The position numbers were made by a program, and so were the translations under genes. DNA of 64,000 bases from Rhodosorus marinus CCMP1338 (lineage: Eukaryota > Plantae > Rhodophyta). Of this stretch, positions 49,524 through 63,207 are shown in pieces; positions within the stretch are counted from its first letter, which is position 1; the number at the start of each line of letters is the position of its first letter. Location of the stretch: the NCBI GenBank assembly GCA_029953675.1, contig JAMWBK010000002.1, positions 248,001-312,000 on the forward strand, given 5' to 3'. The notes under the pieces were generated by a model. It was given only the letters and a program-made list of their open reading frames with translations, did not search any database and was not told the origin of the DNA.

Positions 49524-50134
49524 AATCGATGACCAAAACGACAACAAGACCAACCTGTCAAAAAACACTCATAAAGCTCGTCGTCCTTTGCCAACTACAG
49601 ATCCAGTTGCGAGCTTGTCTTCCCAGATATCCAAACCGCACGATCTCAAAGAAAACAAAGACTAACCAATAGGTCCAACTGGATTCTCAAGAACGGTTTC
49701 CGACAAAGCATACGCTACTCCCCATTTCCACCCCCAAAAACTCTTCGCAAATGTTAAAAGACGAGACGTCCGAGGGTCCCCCGCGAGTTCCATACTCTGT
49801 GGGCGATACCTACCTTTTGGGTTTCCCCATTAGTTTGCAGACAAGCTACATACACCTCGACAGGCTTTGGCCGTTTGGGTTTAGTTTGAGGCAAAGGGAT
49901 GATCAAAGTTTTCCCATTGGAAAAACTGAGCGCAGGAAAAACAATCATTTTCCATATCTCCCCTCAACTAGTTGCTATCCGTACCTTTTCAGTACCGAAG
50001 CAGCCGGATCAGACAAGTAATAGATAAGTAACCATAGCTTCAATCCTCACCCAGTCACCACAGTCGTCCCGTTCAGGCTCTCTTCACGTGCATTCGCCTT
50101 TTTGGAGCTCAGAGCTTCCGTGAGGGCGGGGGGC

Positions 50135-50333
50135 TGTATTCTTAGAACTTGCCCTGACAGCTGTGTAAGACACTCCCTACTTCAGTGTAAGATCCCTACT
50201 TTAGTGTAAGACGCTAGTGTGCTCGTATCCAACAGTTTCTGCTTTACTGTCAGGTACGTCTTAGTTTACAGTAACCAAGACTATATAAGACCTAGAATTA
50301 AGTAAGGACAAGTTGGTTAGAAGAGTTCCAACA
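50135..50333 (+). promoter_or_regulatory. Full LTR (199 bp, TGT...ACA) with TATA box
   Basis: TATATAA at ~50282, three GTGTAAGA units in U3, PBS-like TGGTCTCATAGC at 50335-50346 (10/12 match to the initiator-Met PBS TGGTATCAGAGC). The last 45 nt recur at 54592-54636. Confidence 0.8.
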
Positions 50334-50422
50334 GTGGTCTCATAGCTCAAAGGTTTAAGAGGATACGAACGGAGGGAGGGGCGATCTAGCGGAAGCAGGA
50401 GGACTCGAGTAGCCAACTTCAA

Positions 50423-51084
50423 ATGACTACGTTTACTATACCCCCGCCCGAGGCTTACGACGGCAAGCGGGATTTCGTCAGGATTCAGACGTTCGTGGCC
50501 TCACTGCGTGGCTACCTGAACTTCCATCACGTAGCAGACTCCGGCCGCCAGTCAGTCCAGTACGCGGGACTGTTTTTGAAGGCCCAGGCCCAGGTCTGGT
50601 ACCAGGGTCTTCGGCAGGCGACGGATGGCATCCCGGAGGCACTGGACTCTCTCGACGATTTCGAACAGGCCCTGCGAGGACAGTTCGAACCTCACGACCA
50701 TATCGAGCGAGCCCGGGCCAAACTGCGTAGCGCTCGACAACGCGGCCCTGATGTCACCCGTTATGTCGACTATCTCGATGAACTTTTCATGCAGTTGGGC
50801 GAGTTCATCAGCGACTCTGAAAAGCTTGAGCGTTTTAAGGCGGGCTTGACTGGTCGTGAGCGAGACTTCGTCTACTATGGTCGACCCAAGACCTATGAAG
50901 AAGCGAAAGCCATCGCATTAAGACTGGCGGGTGCCCACGAGATGCCGAAGGAAGCGACGAAGGGATCCTCGGATCCACCTAGAGCAAACCCCGCACAACG
51001 TCACCGCGTCGACCACACACTCGAAGCATGGGAGCGCCGCCAACCTGCTACCTGTGTCGAGAGATAGGACATATTAAACATGAC
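50423..51084 (+). pseudogene. gag: Retrotransposon gag, frameshifted before a truncated CCHC knuckle
   Basis: PEAYDG...A.VWY...F..ALRGQFEP...F..GL capsid pattern. CYLCREIGHIKHD at 51046-51084 lies in another frame and is cut before its last Cys. Confidence 0.85.
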
Positions 51085-51483
51085 GGTCTCCTCACCGACA
51101 GCCAACCCGTATGTCCGTGGCTCGTCGTACCTCGGTAAGTTGGCGGCTTTCGCAACGTCCTCTCTAATTGCCGTCACCGCACCGGTGTCGATGAGACATT
51201 CCACCGGTTCCGCCTATTGCAGTTAGGCTTGCATTACCCCGTTGCTGTAACCCAACGCTTGGGATGCTGGTCGTTGGACTCTCGGACGGCATCCCAAGCG
51301 TTGGGTTACAGCAACGGGGTAATGCAAGCCTAACTGCATAGGCGTGGTGGCGGCGGAACCGGTGGAATGTCTCATCGACACCGGTGTGGTGACGGCAATT
51401 AGATAGGACGTTGCGAAAGCCGCCAACCTACCGGGGTACGACGAGCCACGGACATACGGGTTGGCTGTCGGTGAGGAGACCGT
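51083..51483. repeat. Long inverted repeat (185-bp and 195-bp arms, 21-nt loop) spanning the protease start
   Basis: 51083-51267 is the reverse complement of 51289-51483, apart from 4 substitutions, a 1-nt indel and an 11-nt indel. Confidence 0.97.
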
Positions 51484-54400
51484 GATCAGCCCCGGAGTGA
51501 CGGAGACACTCCAGGGACGACAATTCATGACGAAGCTGCGAATATTCAAGCATCTAAGGCACGATGTGTACTTAGGTCTCGACTTCTTCAGGCAACATCG
51601 ATTAACTATCGATTGTAGCGCGGAGCCCCCACAGCTGGTACTGGGAGCGGACACCAGCATGCGTGGGATAACAAGTATGGAAACTGAGGAAGAAATAGGG
51701 GAGAGGTCTGGCGCGGTCATCCGGAAAGAGGAAGGCCTAGAGAAAGGCGGAAAGGACCAGGTTGCCGACCCAGGAAAGAGGTTTGGTGCGGTCATCCGGA
51801 AAGAGTTTCCCCAAGTTTTCCAAGATACATTGCCGTTGCCACCGAAGAACCGGCAACGATATGCACTCAAAATCGAATTGGAACCAGGGGCGAGTACACC
51901 AGCTCAACGCGCATATTCGATGTCACGGGTCGACCGAGAGCGGCTACAAGAAGAGCAAGGATTTATCTCACGGAGCAGAGGTCCGTATGCTGCACCTGTG
52001 TTGTACGTGGACAAAAAAGACGGTGGGCGACGCCTCTGCATCGACTATCGCCGGTTGAACCAGATCACCGTGCGAGAAAGAACGACCCCGCCTAGAGTGG
52101 AGGAGCTATTGGATACCCTGAGCAGCGCTCGGGTTTTCACAACGTTAGACCTTCGCTCGGGATATTGGCAGTTGCCAATTGAACAGGCATCACGCGAGAA
52201 GACGGCCTTTGTCACGTGCTTCGGACAATACCAATGGAATGTCATGCCGTTTGGGTTGAAGAATGCGCCCTCGGCATTCATCCGCTACTTGACGGACGTA
52301 TCGTATGATCTTCTCAACCAGTGCGTGGTGTTATACGTTGGCAACATTCTGGTATATTCCCCCGATGACATACAACACCAGGACGATGTTCGAAAGGTGC
52401 TACGACGCCTCGAGCAGCATCAGTTGATCGTCAAATACTCGAAGTGCGGTTTTGGACTACGCCAAGTTTGCTACCTAGGCCAAATCTTGGCGGGGGGCAC
52501 TCGACGTCCCGATCCGGAGAAGGTCAAAGCAATTCAGAAGTGGAGGACGCCAACGACGGTTAAGGAGCTACGGGCCTTCATGGGTTTCGCGAACTTCTTG
52601 CGCCCCTTTGTACCACACTTCGCCCAAGTGGCGGCGCCCCTCCACAGGCTAACGAAGAAGGACCAGAAGTGGGGTTGGCACACGGACGAACAACAAGCCT
52701 TTGATGGGTTAAAATCCGCCATATAAGCAACCACCATGCTGTACATGGTTGATCCGATCCTCCCCTTCATCGCAGACGGGCGCGAGCGACACCGGGGTGG
52801 GTGCAATCCTATTCCAGACCCGCCAGGATCAGGAGGTGCCCGTGGCGTATATGTCCCGATCGTTCAATAGTACCGAGAAACGCTACAGTACGTACGAGAA
52901 AGAACTCTACGCCATCGTCCTGGCCATCCGAGGTGGTCCGTGTATCTTGATGGGCAACAGTTCACTGTGCGTACGGACCATAACCCGCTACGCTTCCTGC
53001 AAACACAGACGACATTAACTCGTCAGCAGGCGCGGTACGTGAATATATTACTACCCAACTCCTTTGAGGTTCAATACGAACGCGGCAAGATAAACGTCGC
53101 GGATGCACTGAGTCGCGACGCACTACGAACCACCCGCGTCACGATGGAAGCCGATTGGACTCCCCCGAATACCAAGCCGATCCAGAATTCTGCACGCAAT
53201 TTCGAAGCCCGGACCAGTTTGAGGGTTTCCAACGAAAAAAGGGTCTATTATTCCTCCATGCACGACTTTGCGTACCCGAACGCCGTGTTAATCAGGTCAT
53301 CGATGGGCACCACCAGTCTCTAACGGCAGGCCATTTCGGCGTACAAGCTACTTACCGTGTGGTGCGACGACGCTATTACTGGCCTACCATGAGGAAAAAC
53401 TTTTTTTTTTTTGCACGCGCGTACAACAATGCGAGATATGCCCGTGAACAACCACTTCGGCGCAACCAGGGCGAGCTGCAACCGCTCGCAATTCCGAGGA
53501 ATCGCGCGGTCGACTGGACTATGGACTTCATAACAGGCTTTCCCAGTATCGCGGGTAATGACGCTATACTAGTTGTGGTCGATCGGCTCACGAAGTACGC
53601 CGTATTTATCCCGACGGCGAAAATGGTAACCGCGGAAGGAGTGGCAACACTTATCCTGCAACATATCGTCGCCTGGTTCGGATTGCCACAGAGTTTTGTC
53701 ACAGATCGCGATCCAGTCTTCACGGCAACTTTTTGGAGCCACCTAATGCAATTACTGGGCATTCAACAACTATTGTCCACGGCATACCATCCTGAAACGG
53801 ACGGTCAGACGGAGCGCGTGAATCAGACACTTCAAATCATGCTGAGATGCTGCTGTACAAATCGCACGTGGGTGCAGAGCCTCCCGCTACTTCAGCTGGC
53901 GTATAGCAATCATCCCTCAGCCAGCACGGGGTATTCACCATATTTCCTGTTAACAGGGGGGGCATCCGCGGCTCCACTTGGATGTCTCACTACCTACCAC
54001 GCAAATTGAGAACCTCCCCGATGCCGCTACTGCATTCTCCCAACGACAACAGCGAATTCTTGCAGATGCACGCAAATCACTGACCCTGGCACAAGAAATA
54101 TCTACGGCATCCGCTAATACCCACCGTCATGCGAAGGTGTTCCACGTCGGCGATTACGTTTATTTGTCAACGAAGAATCTCTCACTGGAGGGCCCAACCC
54201 GCTTCCAACCTCGATGGTTGGGCCCGTTTCCCGTGATCGAGAAACACTCTGACGTGGCATACACTCTGCAGTTACCGGATGAGATGCGCATACATTCGAC
54301 ATTTCACGTTTCCTTGCTAAAAGGTGCCCCTACGTGTCCTCCGAATTCTCCGATGCGGAGTATCCCTCTCCAATCGGATCTCTATTCAACGCTACCGATC

Positions 54401-54592
54401 CTGTCGGTGTTGGGGGTCCGCCATGCGGCTAACGGGATCCGACAGTTCCTATGTTATCGCGAAAAGGAATCCTGGACTGATGCGACTTGGATACCCGAGC
54501 CGGACTACCCGACCGATCTACAATCTCGACGACGCTTACGACACTACCTCAATTATCGCAAGGCGCTTGACGCGCTACCTTCAACTTCTTGA
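51289..54592 (+). pseudogene. pol: Retrotransposon pol (PR-RT-RH-IN-chromo), inactivated
   Basis: PR LIDTGV with an in-frame TAG, and VYLGLDFF. RT RLCIDYR, LDLRSGYWQ, MPFGLKNAP and YVGNILVYS (catalytic YVDD lost). RH GASDTGVG, YSTYEKEL. IN MDFITGFP, TDRD, HPETDGQTER. Chromo-like DATWIPE. Confidence 0.95.
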
Positions 54593-54636
54593 GACCTAGA
54601 ATTAAGTAAAGACAAGTTGGTTAGAAGAGTTCCAAC
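54592..54636 (+). repeat. 45-bp 3' LTR remnant
   Basis: AGACCTAGAATTAAGTAAAGACAAGTTGGTTAGAAGAGTTCCAAC matches 50288-50332 with one mismatch and abuts the pol stop codon. Confidence 0.95.
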
Positions 54637-55298
54637 CTGTACCATACCTAAACGACAGCTGTGAAGCGCAAATTGAGGATTCGCTTGAGACCTAGTTAGT
54701 CCAGTAAAGTCTCTTAAAAATTACGGTAGAGGTACATTGATCTGACTTGAGGGGTACACAAGGGGTTGATCCAATAGTAGGCGACTAGTAATCAATCAGT
54801 GACCACCAGATCCCACCATTTTTACTCCTCTCAAAGTGCTCACCCGACACACTCCTTTCGCGCTCTTGAACAATCTCTAGTCCACATTCTGTGTCAGCAT
54901 ATTCTACGACGGATAGTGACTTAGTCTTTCTATTTTGCCCATATTTCACCTGACCAGCCGTTGAGGGGTGTTCTAGCTGATTCTTGGCCTATATACAGTC
55001 TAGATTAGGGACATATCATTTTTTAGGACCGCTGGTTGTGTTCGTGAGATGGTTTTAGAGGAGAATGTATCTCGTTGCGGGGTTGTACTCTAGTATAGCA
55101 AATCTCATGATTCAGATAAATTGGGTAAAACCGGGGAGAAACACTCAAGACCGTCAGCTGAACGTTTCTGTCGGAATGAGGTCCAGCGAGACTGCCTGGT
55201 CGTTGGTCGATTCGAGTTCTGATCTCCTCCGTTTGAAGTGTGCCGCGCCGTCGGTGACAACCCACAACAGTCTCCAAAAATGTAATCTTTCATAGACT

Positions 55299-56486
55299 TT
55301 ACACGGCGCCTTGATCAATAAGTCGGGCAAGCTCAGTAGCGAAACGATGCATAGGAAAGCCCATGACGTTGAAGTAGCATCCCTCAACACCCTAGTTTTT
55401 CCGCAAATCCATGAGGAGGAGAGAGGATCTTTATTGATCACCCTGTATGCGCTAAGATTATCTCTGTCATATATGGAACAGGTGCTTACCTTAACAAGCG
55501 AGCCACCAATGCCTTGAATACCATATGCACCTGCTTTATCCATTGGTTCCCTCGTCCGAATATACCTGCACAGGTTGATCGATACAATTCCGATTGAGGG
55601 TTTTGACCAGCACTGATGCAAATCGAGTGAGATAGATCGAACGAAAATGCTTACTCCCAAATCAGGTTGTCATTCAACTCCGCGAAGCTGACACTATCAT
55701 TGTCATCCGCGAGCGAAAAACATCAGCGTCAGCGAGGGCTCAGTGGAAAACTTGCTCAGTTCGCTGTACTTACTTGGTCGCTTCATAGAATGAAGCTGTG
55801 CACGTTCTCGCGTCCTTGAGAAACAACGCCACGCTCGTCAAGACTGTGTGGTTCCTGTTGCTGTCGCTCAAAAGTGGGATCGCACTGATTATCAGTTCGT
55901 GGTCCGCGGGTTGGCTAAACTGCTGATCATTCTATACCTGAGCGACTTCAGCATGCTGAAAGCCTCGGCCTCGGATAGTGGCTTTTCCAGGATCTTGTTG
56001 TCAAGTATGACCTAAACCACGATGTAAAAACATGCAAATCACCGCGTAGCGGTAAGAACGATCCTAGACGGGTTGTTGCGGTCTTCTTTTTGAACAAACA
56101 GCTTACCACAGTGTCCGATCCAATCACAAGATCTGGAGGTGCATCTGATCCGATGAACCTCTTCGCGACTTCTTCAGCTTTACATCTGGCGTTCTCGAGT
56201 ACATATTCACTCGGATGGGAGAAGGTGGACTTGTCAAGATTCTCCTCGAAGCCTGATACAACGACTTCATGCTTGAGTCCTTTTCAGAGATTAGAAGTTG
56301 AGTTTCGTATCAGTCATCCCACGGTCGTCGTTGTCGTCGTCGTCCTAAAGGCAAGACGCATCGATCCAGATCGAAACAGGAAAATGAAAACCAACCTAGC
56401 AGATCCAGAATCTCACGTCGTCTTGGACTTTGGCTTGCCAGAACGATCCTCTTGGAGGATAGATATGGCAGATGTTGCACGATCAT
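55299..56486 (-). CDS. Maf-family nucleoside-triphosphate pyrophosphatase (YhdE/ASMTL-Maf type), multi-exon
   Basis: Spliced reading: RIVLASQSPRRREIL, LVIGSDTV, ILEKP, NHTVLTSV, EPMDKAGAYGIQG, YFNVMGFPM. Confidence 0.92.
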
Positions 56487-57672
56487 GAATCCTTACTTGT
56501 TCTCAACACCTCTCGCGATCCCTGTTCCGCTGCGTTCCTGATAGACAAGCTTTCCAAGCCCCGTCTTCCTCTTACAGAAACGGGGCAGCAAGGATTCAGC
56601 GAACACTTTTATGGGAGTCTTCGGCATCCGGGCCGATATTGCACCAAAGCTAAATCGCTTGATTGTTATCTAAGCTAGCCAGTGCTTGCGTAGCCTCCGA
56701 ACGTCCGTCGGTCATCCCCCACGAAAGTTTTAGATTCTGGTTGGCTAGCTAAGCCTTTTTCTGCGTTGGTTCGGTCATGCTAATGACAGTCGTTTAAAAC
56801 TGAAGAGTTATCGATCGTCTATTAAGAACTGGATAGCCAAGTAGCAGGCCAGCGTCAACTCCACCGTTGCCAACCCTATCGCTGAATCCTCGCACGACGA
56901 AATTCAGGTCGCAACTTTTTCAGCGTTTCGTGGGGCCGATATGACAGTTGAGAATGGGACAGCATAGTTGGTACGCATGTGTGAAGATCCACGAGAACAC
57001 TAACGGGGGGAAGAGGTGCACTCGCTGTACGTGGAGGCGGATGGCAAGAATGATGCCGAGGGCACGGACGGACGAAATTCTACCTACTAGACGTTCGTCT
57101 GAGTATTTTATTCGTGGGTGCTAGGCTTGCACTATTCTGTCAGTACACAGCCCTGAGCTTCGTGCTGTGGCGAACGGTTCGTTTGAACCTGGAAGGCAAA
57201 CATGGTGGTTTCGGAGCTGGTGACGTTCTGGTCGTCGGGAAATAGTGTGCGCGTAACAAATCCTTGGATTTAATCTCGCTGTTTTTGGCGTGAGGTTAAC
57301 TCAAACCAGCTTGCTTCCCTTCGACCTTTGCCGTGTTAGTACACGATGCTCCTGGTCTGTGCGGAGATTGTGCTTCTAGAAAGTACTCGGCTTTCCAAAC
57401 TTTCGGAGCTGATGTACTGTAAAGGCACCGGAAACGGCAAGACCGTCGAGAGGATTATAGATACGCATCCGCGACTCCGTTGCAGCCGGAGTAAAGTAGC
57501 TTGCGCGCCCCAGAGGCGTTCTTAAAACCGAGCTAGGGGCACCGAACATGATGACTGACGCAATACCCCTTCCCTTGTCCCCATTAATGCACAGCGAGGA
57601 CGGGTGAACTCGCGGGTACGGTTGGGATAGAGGGTAGTGCTGCTGGCGGAAATTCTGCAGCGACTAGATGGT

Positions 57673-59564
<1,892 letters not shown>

Positions 59565-60938
59565 CTAGGACAAACACCGAAACAGCTCAAAAGCTTGCGG
59601 ACCCAACGGACACGAACACTGTGTGCTTTCTCTCAATTTTCAGAACTTAAATTCTTCTAGATCTGAAAGCTCAGTCGAGCTTCTTCAATCCGCAAAACGA
59701 CAAAAAAAAAAAACTATTCCACGCACCCAAACACCTCCTCAACAAACACCTCCAAATACTCTTCACGGAACAGAAGCCCTTCGACCGTCCGCTTCGAAGA
59801 AAAACCCATCCATTCAGTCTTCAAAAAGAAGACAAGTCTTTAAGAATGTTCAGTCAACCCACTTGCTCACCAACAAGCCGGTCTAGACTCATCATTACAG
59901 CCAGTTCACAACTACCACAAACCGAAACGAACATTCAGCAGCCGGTCTCGACCGCCGTCCGAGCCACAGAGACAAAGTCAGTCGGGACACTGAAACAACA
60001 GGGACAATTGACTACAACTTGAGATGGTGAACTAGTTGTTCAAATCTATAATTGGCGTAAGGACTAATATCATCAGTTGTGTATCACCAGCAAAACCCAA
60101 CTTTTTACTAGTCCTCTGCCAACTCCAACCATTCACACCCAAATCGACTTGGGACAAAAGCCACAACAGAAAATTCCAACGCATATACAATGGGACACGA
60201 ATTTTCAAAGAAAATAAATCTGTAAATGCTATAGGGCAAAAGCTGTTTTTCAACACGGAGCTAAGCAAGAAAGTGGGAAAAGTGTTTGGTAACTTCGAGG
60301 AGCTTTTGTGACAGCATTTACCTTCACGGAATAGCAACGGACCAGCGTGGTTTCGTCTTTTCTGGGTGGGCGAAGCCCAAGCTGTTTTTCAACAAACGCG
60401 GAGAGGACTCATCTGATCAAGCGCTTACCAAACGCTAACTAGTGTTGTGCCAGGACGGCATCACATGGACTGACATCGCCCGTTGGCATTAGACAAAAAC
60501 TCTGGTCATCTAGTTCTTGCTTATCCAAAATCCAAGCAGCAGATCCCATTGTATCATTAGGAAAGCTAAGACAAGTAAAGTATCCCTGACCGTGTCACTT
60601 CACGATGAAATTTTAGTAGTCAATCACCTAATCCGTAGTGATTGATTTTTTGCGTTCGTTATTGTGCTCCAACGGGACATGTGTTTTGTTTTCTTTAAAT
60701 TTTCATGTCCCATTTATCTGTTTGAGTTTTTTTGTTTTTAAATAATAAAAACTGTCCCCTTTTTTGGGGACATTTTCTTTTTTTTGCTTAGCTCCCGAGG
60801 GTGAGGGTCGGTGGAAAGTGTACGGACAAGCACTGAGGGGTGGAGATAGATTGTGTTGGCATGGAGGAAGGCTGGATAGAGGAATGGTGGGCGGTAGGAA
60901 GTTTTTGGATGAGAGATTAGATGATGACTGGTTGTGAT

Positions 60939-63023
60939 ATGGAAGGTGAGAATCAGGAGGGGGTGATATTCCCAACGCTGCGTGAGAATGCGGATGGTAG
61001 TAGTGCGACTGAGGTGGAGTCGTTGTGCATGAACTGTCACAAGGATGGGGTAACCAAGATTTTGTTGACGAAGATTCCTTTTTTCAAGGAGGTATGGAGG
61101 AATTCTATTGGGTTTTGAAAGGCTTTCTTTTCGGTTTGTTTTGCTTGCGAGTGTAGCTGAAGCATCTGACCTTTTCGGTATTGTTCTGTTCTTTGGTACA
61201 ATCTCCAGGTAGTCATTATGGCTTTTGAGTGTGATCACTGCGGCTATCGAAGCAGTGACGTTCAACCCGGAGGTACCATATACACCCAGTGCCCGTCGTT
61301 TCCAAAAATCCATCCTGCTGTGAGAGAGTGGCAAGCGTTCGCTGCCGCTTATGTTTATGCATTCTTGTTGAACATCAATAGGTCAGATTGGACAGCTCGG
61401 GGTCGACATATTATGCAAAGTGTCCACGGAGAGCGACCTCCAACGCAGTGTGCTGCTTTCAGACTCAGCAGTGGTCAAGATTCCCGAGGTTGAGCTTGAA
61501 ATCCCCAGCTCAAAACGCGGCCGTCTCACTACTGTCGAAGGAATCATTAACGAGGTTATGGACAACCTGTCAGAAACAAATGAAGAGCTTAGGAAGGCTG
61601 ACCCTGAAGGCGCCACCAAAGTAGCAGCGTTCCTGGCCAGACTAGCTATGCTCAAATCATGCACAGAGGAGTTTGACATTGAAATCAGGGACCCGTCCGG
61701 AAACTCCGCCCTTGAGGGCCTTGAACCTGGAAAACAGGATCCTAAGATCCGAAGGAAGGAGTTCAAGAGAAGCGCTGTTGAGAATGCTCTTCTTGGACTT
61801 CAGCACCCTCCAGATGGTAAGATCATTGCGAGCTGCAGTCCGCAGAGAGTTTGAGAGCTGATCCCTACTGTTCGCAGATGTTGAAGACCAACCTAGGGAT
61901 GCAGAAGAACCTCACGAGGGCACGGCGGAGGGAGAAAAGGAAAACCGTACTGCAGAAACGGAAAAGGACAAGGGTACTGCTGAAGACGATGAAGTAGGAG
62001 AGGATGAAATAATGATTTTGAGGGAAATGTGCCCATCTTGCGGGGCGCCTGGAGAGAGCCGCATGAAGGTAACTATTTCCACTCAGCATTTCGGTCCATT
62101 CCTATGAAAGAACGCGATGCGTCTCGTGCTCAGCGACAGTTAAATGCGGCTGCTCGCAGATGCAAATGATCCCGTTCTTCAAGGAGGTCATCTTGATGGC
62201 TTTCGCGTGTGATAAATGCGGATATAGAAGCAACGAAGTGAAGCCAGGGGGCCAGATCGCGGATATGGGAAGGAAAACTGTACTCCAGTAAGCAAGCAAC
62301 CAGGACAAACCCTAAAGGAGAACCATCCGTACTCATTTATTTTTTCCGGATGTAACTCTACAGCGTCACGAACAAGGAAGACCTTTCTCGCGATATTTTG
62401 AAGTCCGACACGGCGATCATTGACATCCCGGAGGTACGCAAGCGGACACCGTTGTTTTCACATGCTTGTGGACACCACGGAGTAGAGTAAATCCTTTGTT
62501 TAGGTTCGCTGATAATCCTCTTCATGCACATCCAAAACCAGATTGAGCTAGTGCTCGAAGCAGGCACGCTTGGCAGTGTTTTCACCACGATCGAGGGAAT
62601 GATCCTCAAGGTCAAAGACAACATCAAACAGGCCAACCCATTCGCTCTCGGAGACAGTGCGGCAACTGATAGCAAGAGCAAGTTTCGTAATTTCTTCCAG
62701 TCCTTGGATAAGCTGCTTACAGGGGACGAGCGTTTCACCGTCATCCTCGATGACCCAGGTAAAACTCATCCACACCAGTGGTGCTGTTTCTCTTCATAAA
62801 CAGTCCAATGAGATTCACAGACTTCGCGAGGACTTCCTTCCCATCCTCTGTAACTGACATGCAACTACTCTTTTTCGCATGTGCCAAACCAGCCGGAAAC
62901 AGCTTCATTCAGAACCTTTATGCTCCCGACCCCGACCCCGAGATGGAAATCCAAGAATACGACCGCGATGAAGAACAAGACGAAGAGCTTGGAATCACAG
63001 ACCTTAAACTCTCACAGGCCTGA
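60939..63023 (+). CDS. ZPR1: Zinc finger protein ZPR1 (two ZnF-A/B modules, multi-exon)
   Basis: ESLCMNC...IPFFKE...FECDHCG, TTVEG, DPSGNS. Second module CPSC...IPFFKEV..MAFACDKCGYRSNEVKPG, FTTIEG, ILDDP|AGNSFIQN. Confidence 0.97.
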
Positions 63024-63207
63024 TGATTCATGAACAGTCTTTCTCGAGAAGTAGTTCTGCGATTAAGTTAGTATCCGTGCTCTTTTCCATGGGCCACTGT
63101 AAAATAGAGCAACTCAATGGATGGCCCCACGTGCTTCGCAAGCTAATGCGAGTCAGCATTGTTAAAGCGACTCCAATTCCGATTCTCTCCGCCTGCACCG
63201 AAAAAGA

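Larger units (their letters stand above)
50122..54637 (+). mobile_element. Decayed Ty3/Gypsy LTR retrotransposon (chromovirus-like)
   Basis: Order LTR, PBS, gag, protease, RT, RNase H, integrase, chromodomain-like tail, partial LTR. Several stops and frameshifts. No target-site duplication seen. Confidence 0.97.

Noticed and set aside
50288-50346. Tf1-like self-priming (PBS complementary to the transcript 5' end)
   Set aside because: Only partial complementarity, located at the TATA box rather than the expected start site; the initiator-Met-like PBS explains it better.
51001-51204. Minus-strand ORF with LIDTGA as an independent antisense protease gene
   Set aside because: It is the inverted arm of the duplication and holds only the N-terminal part of the protease.
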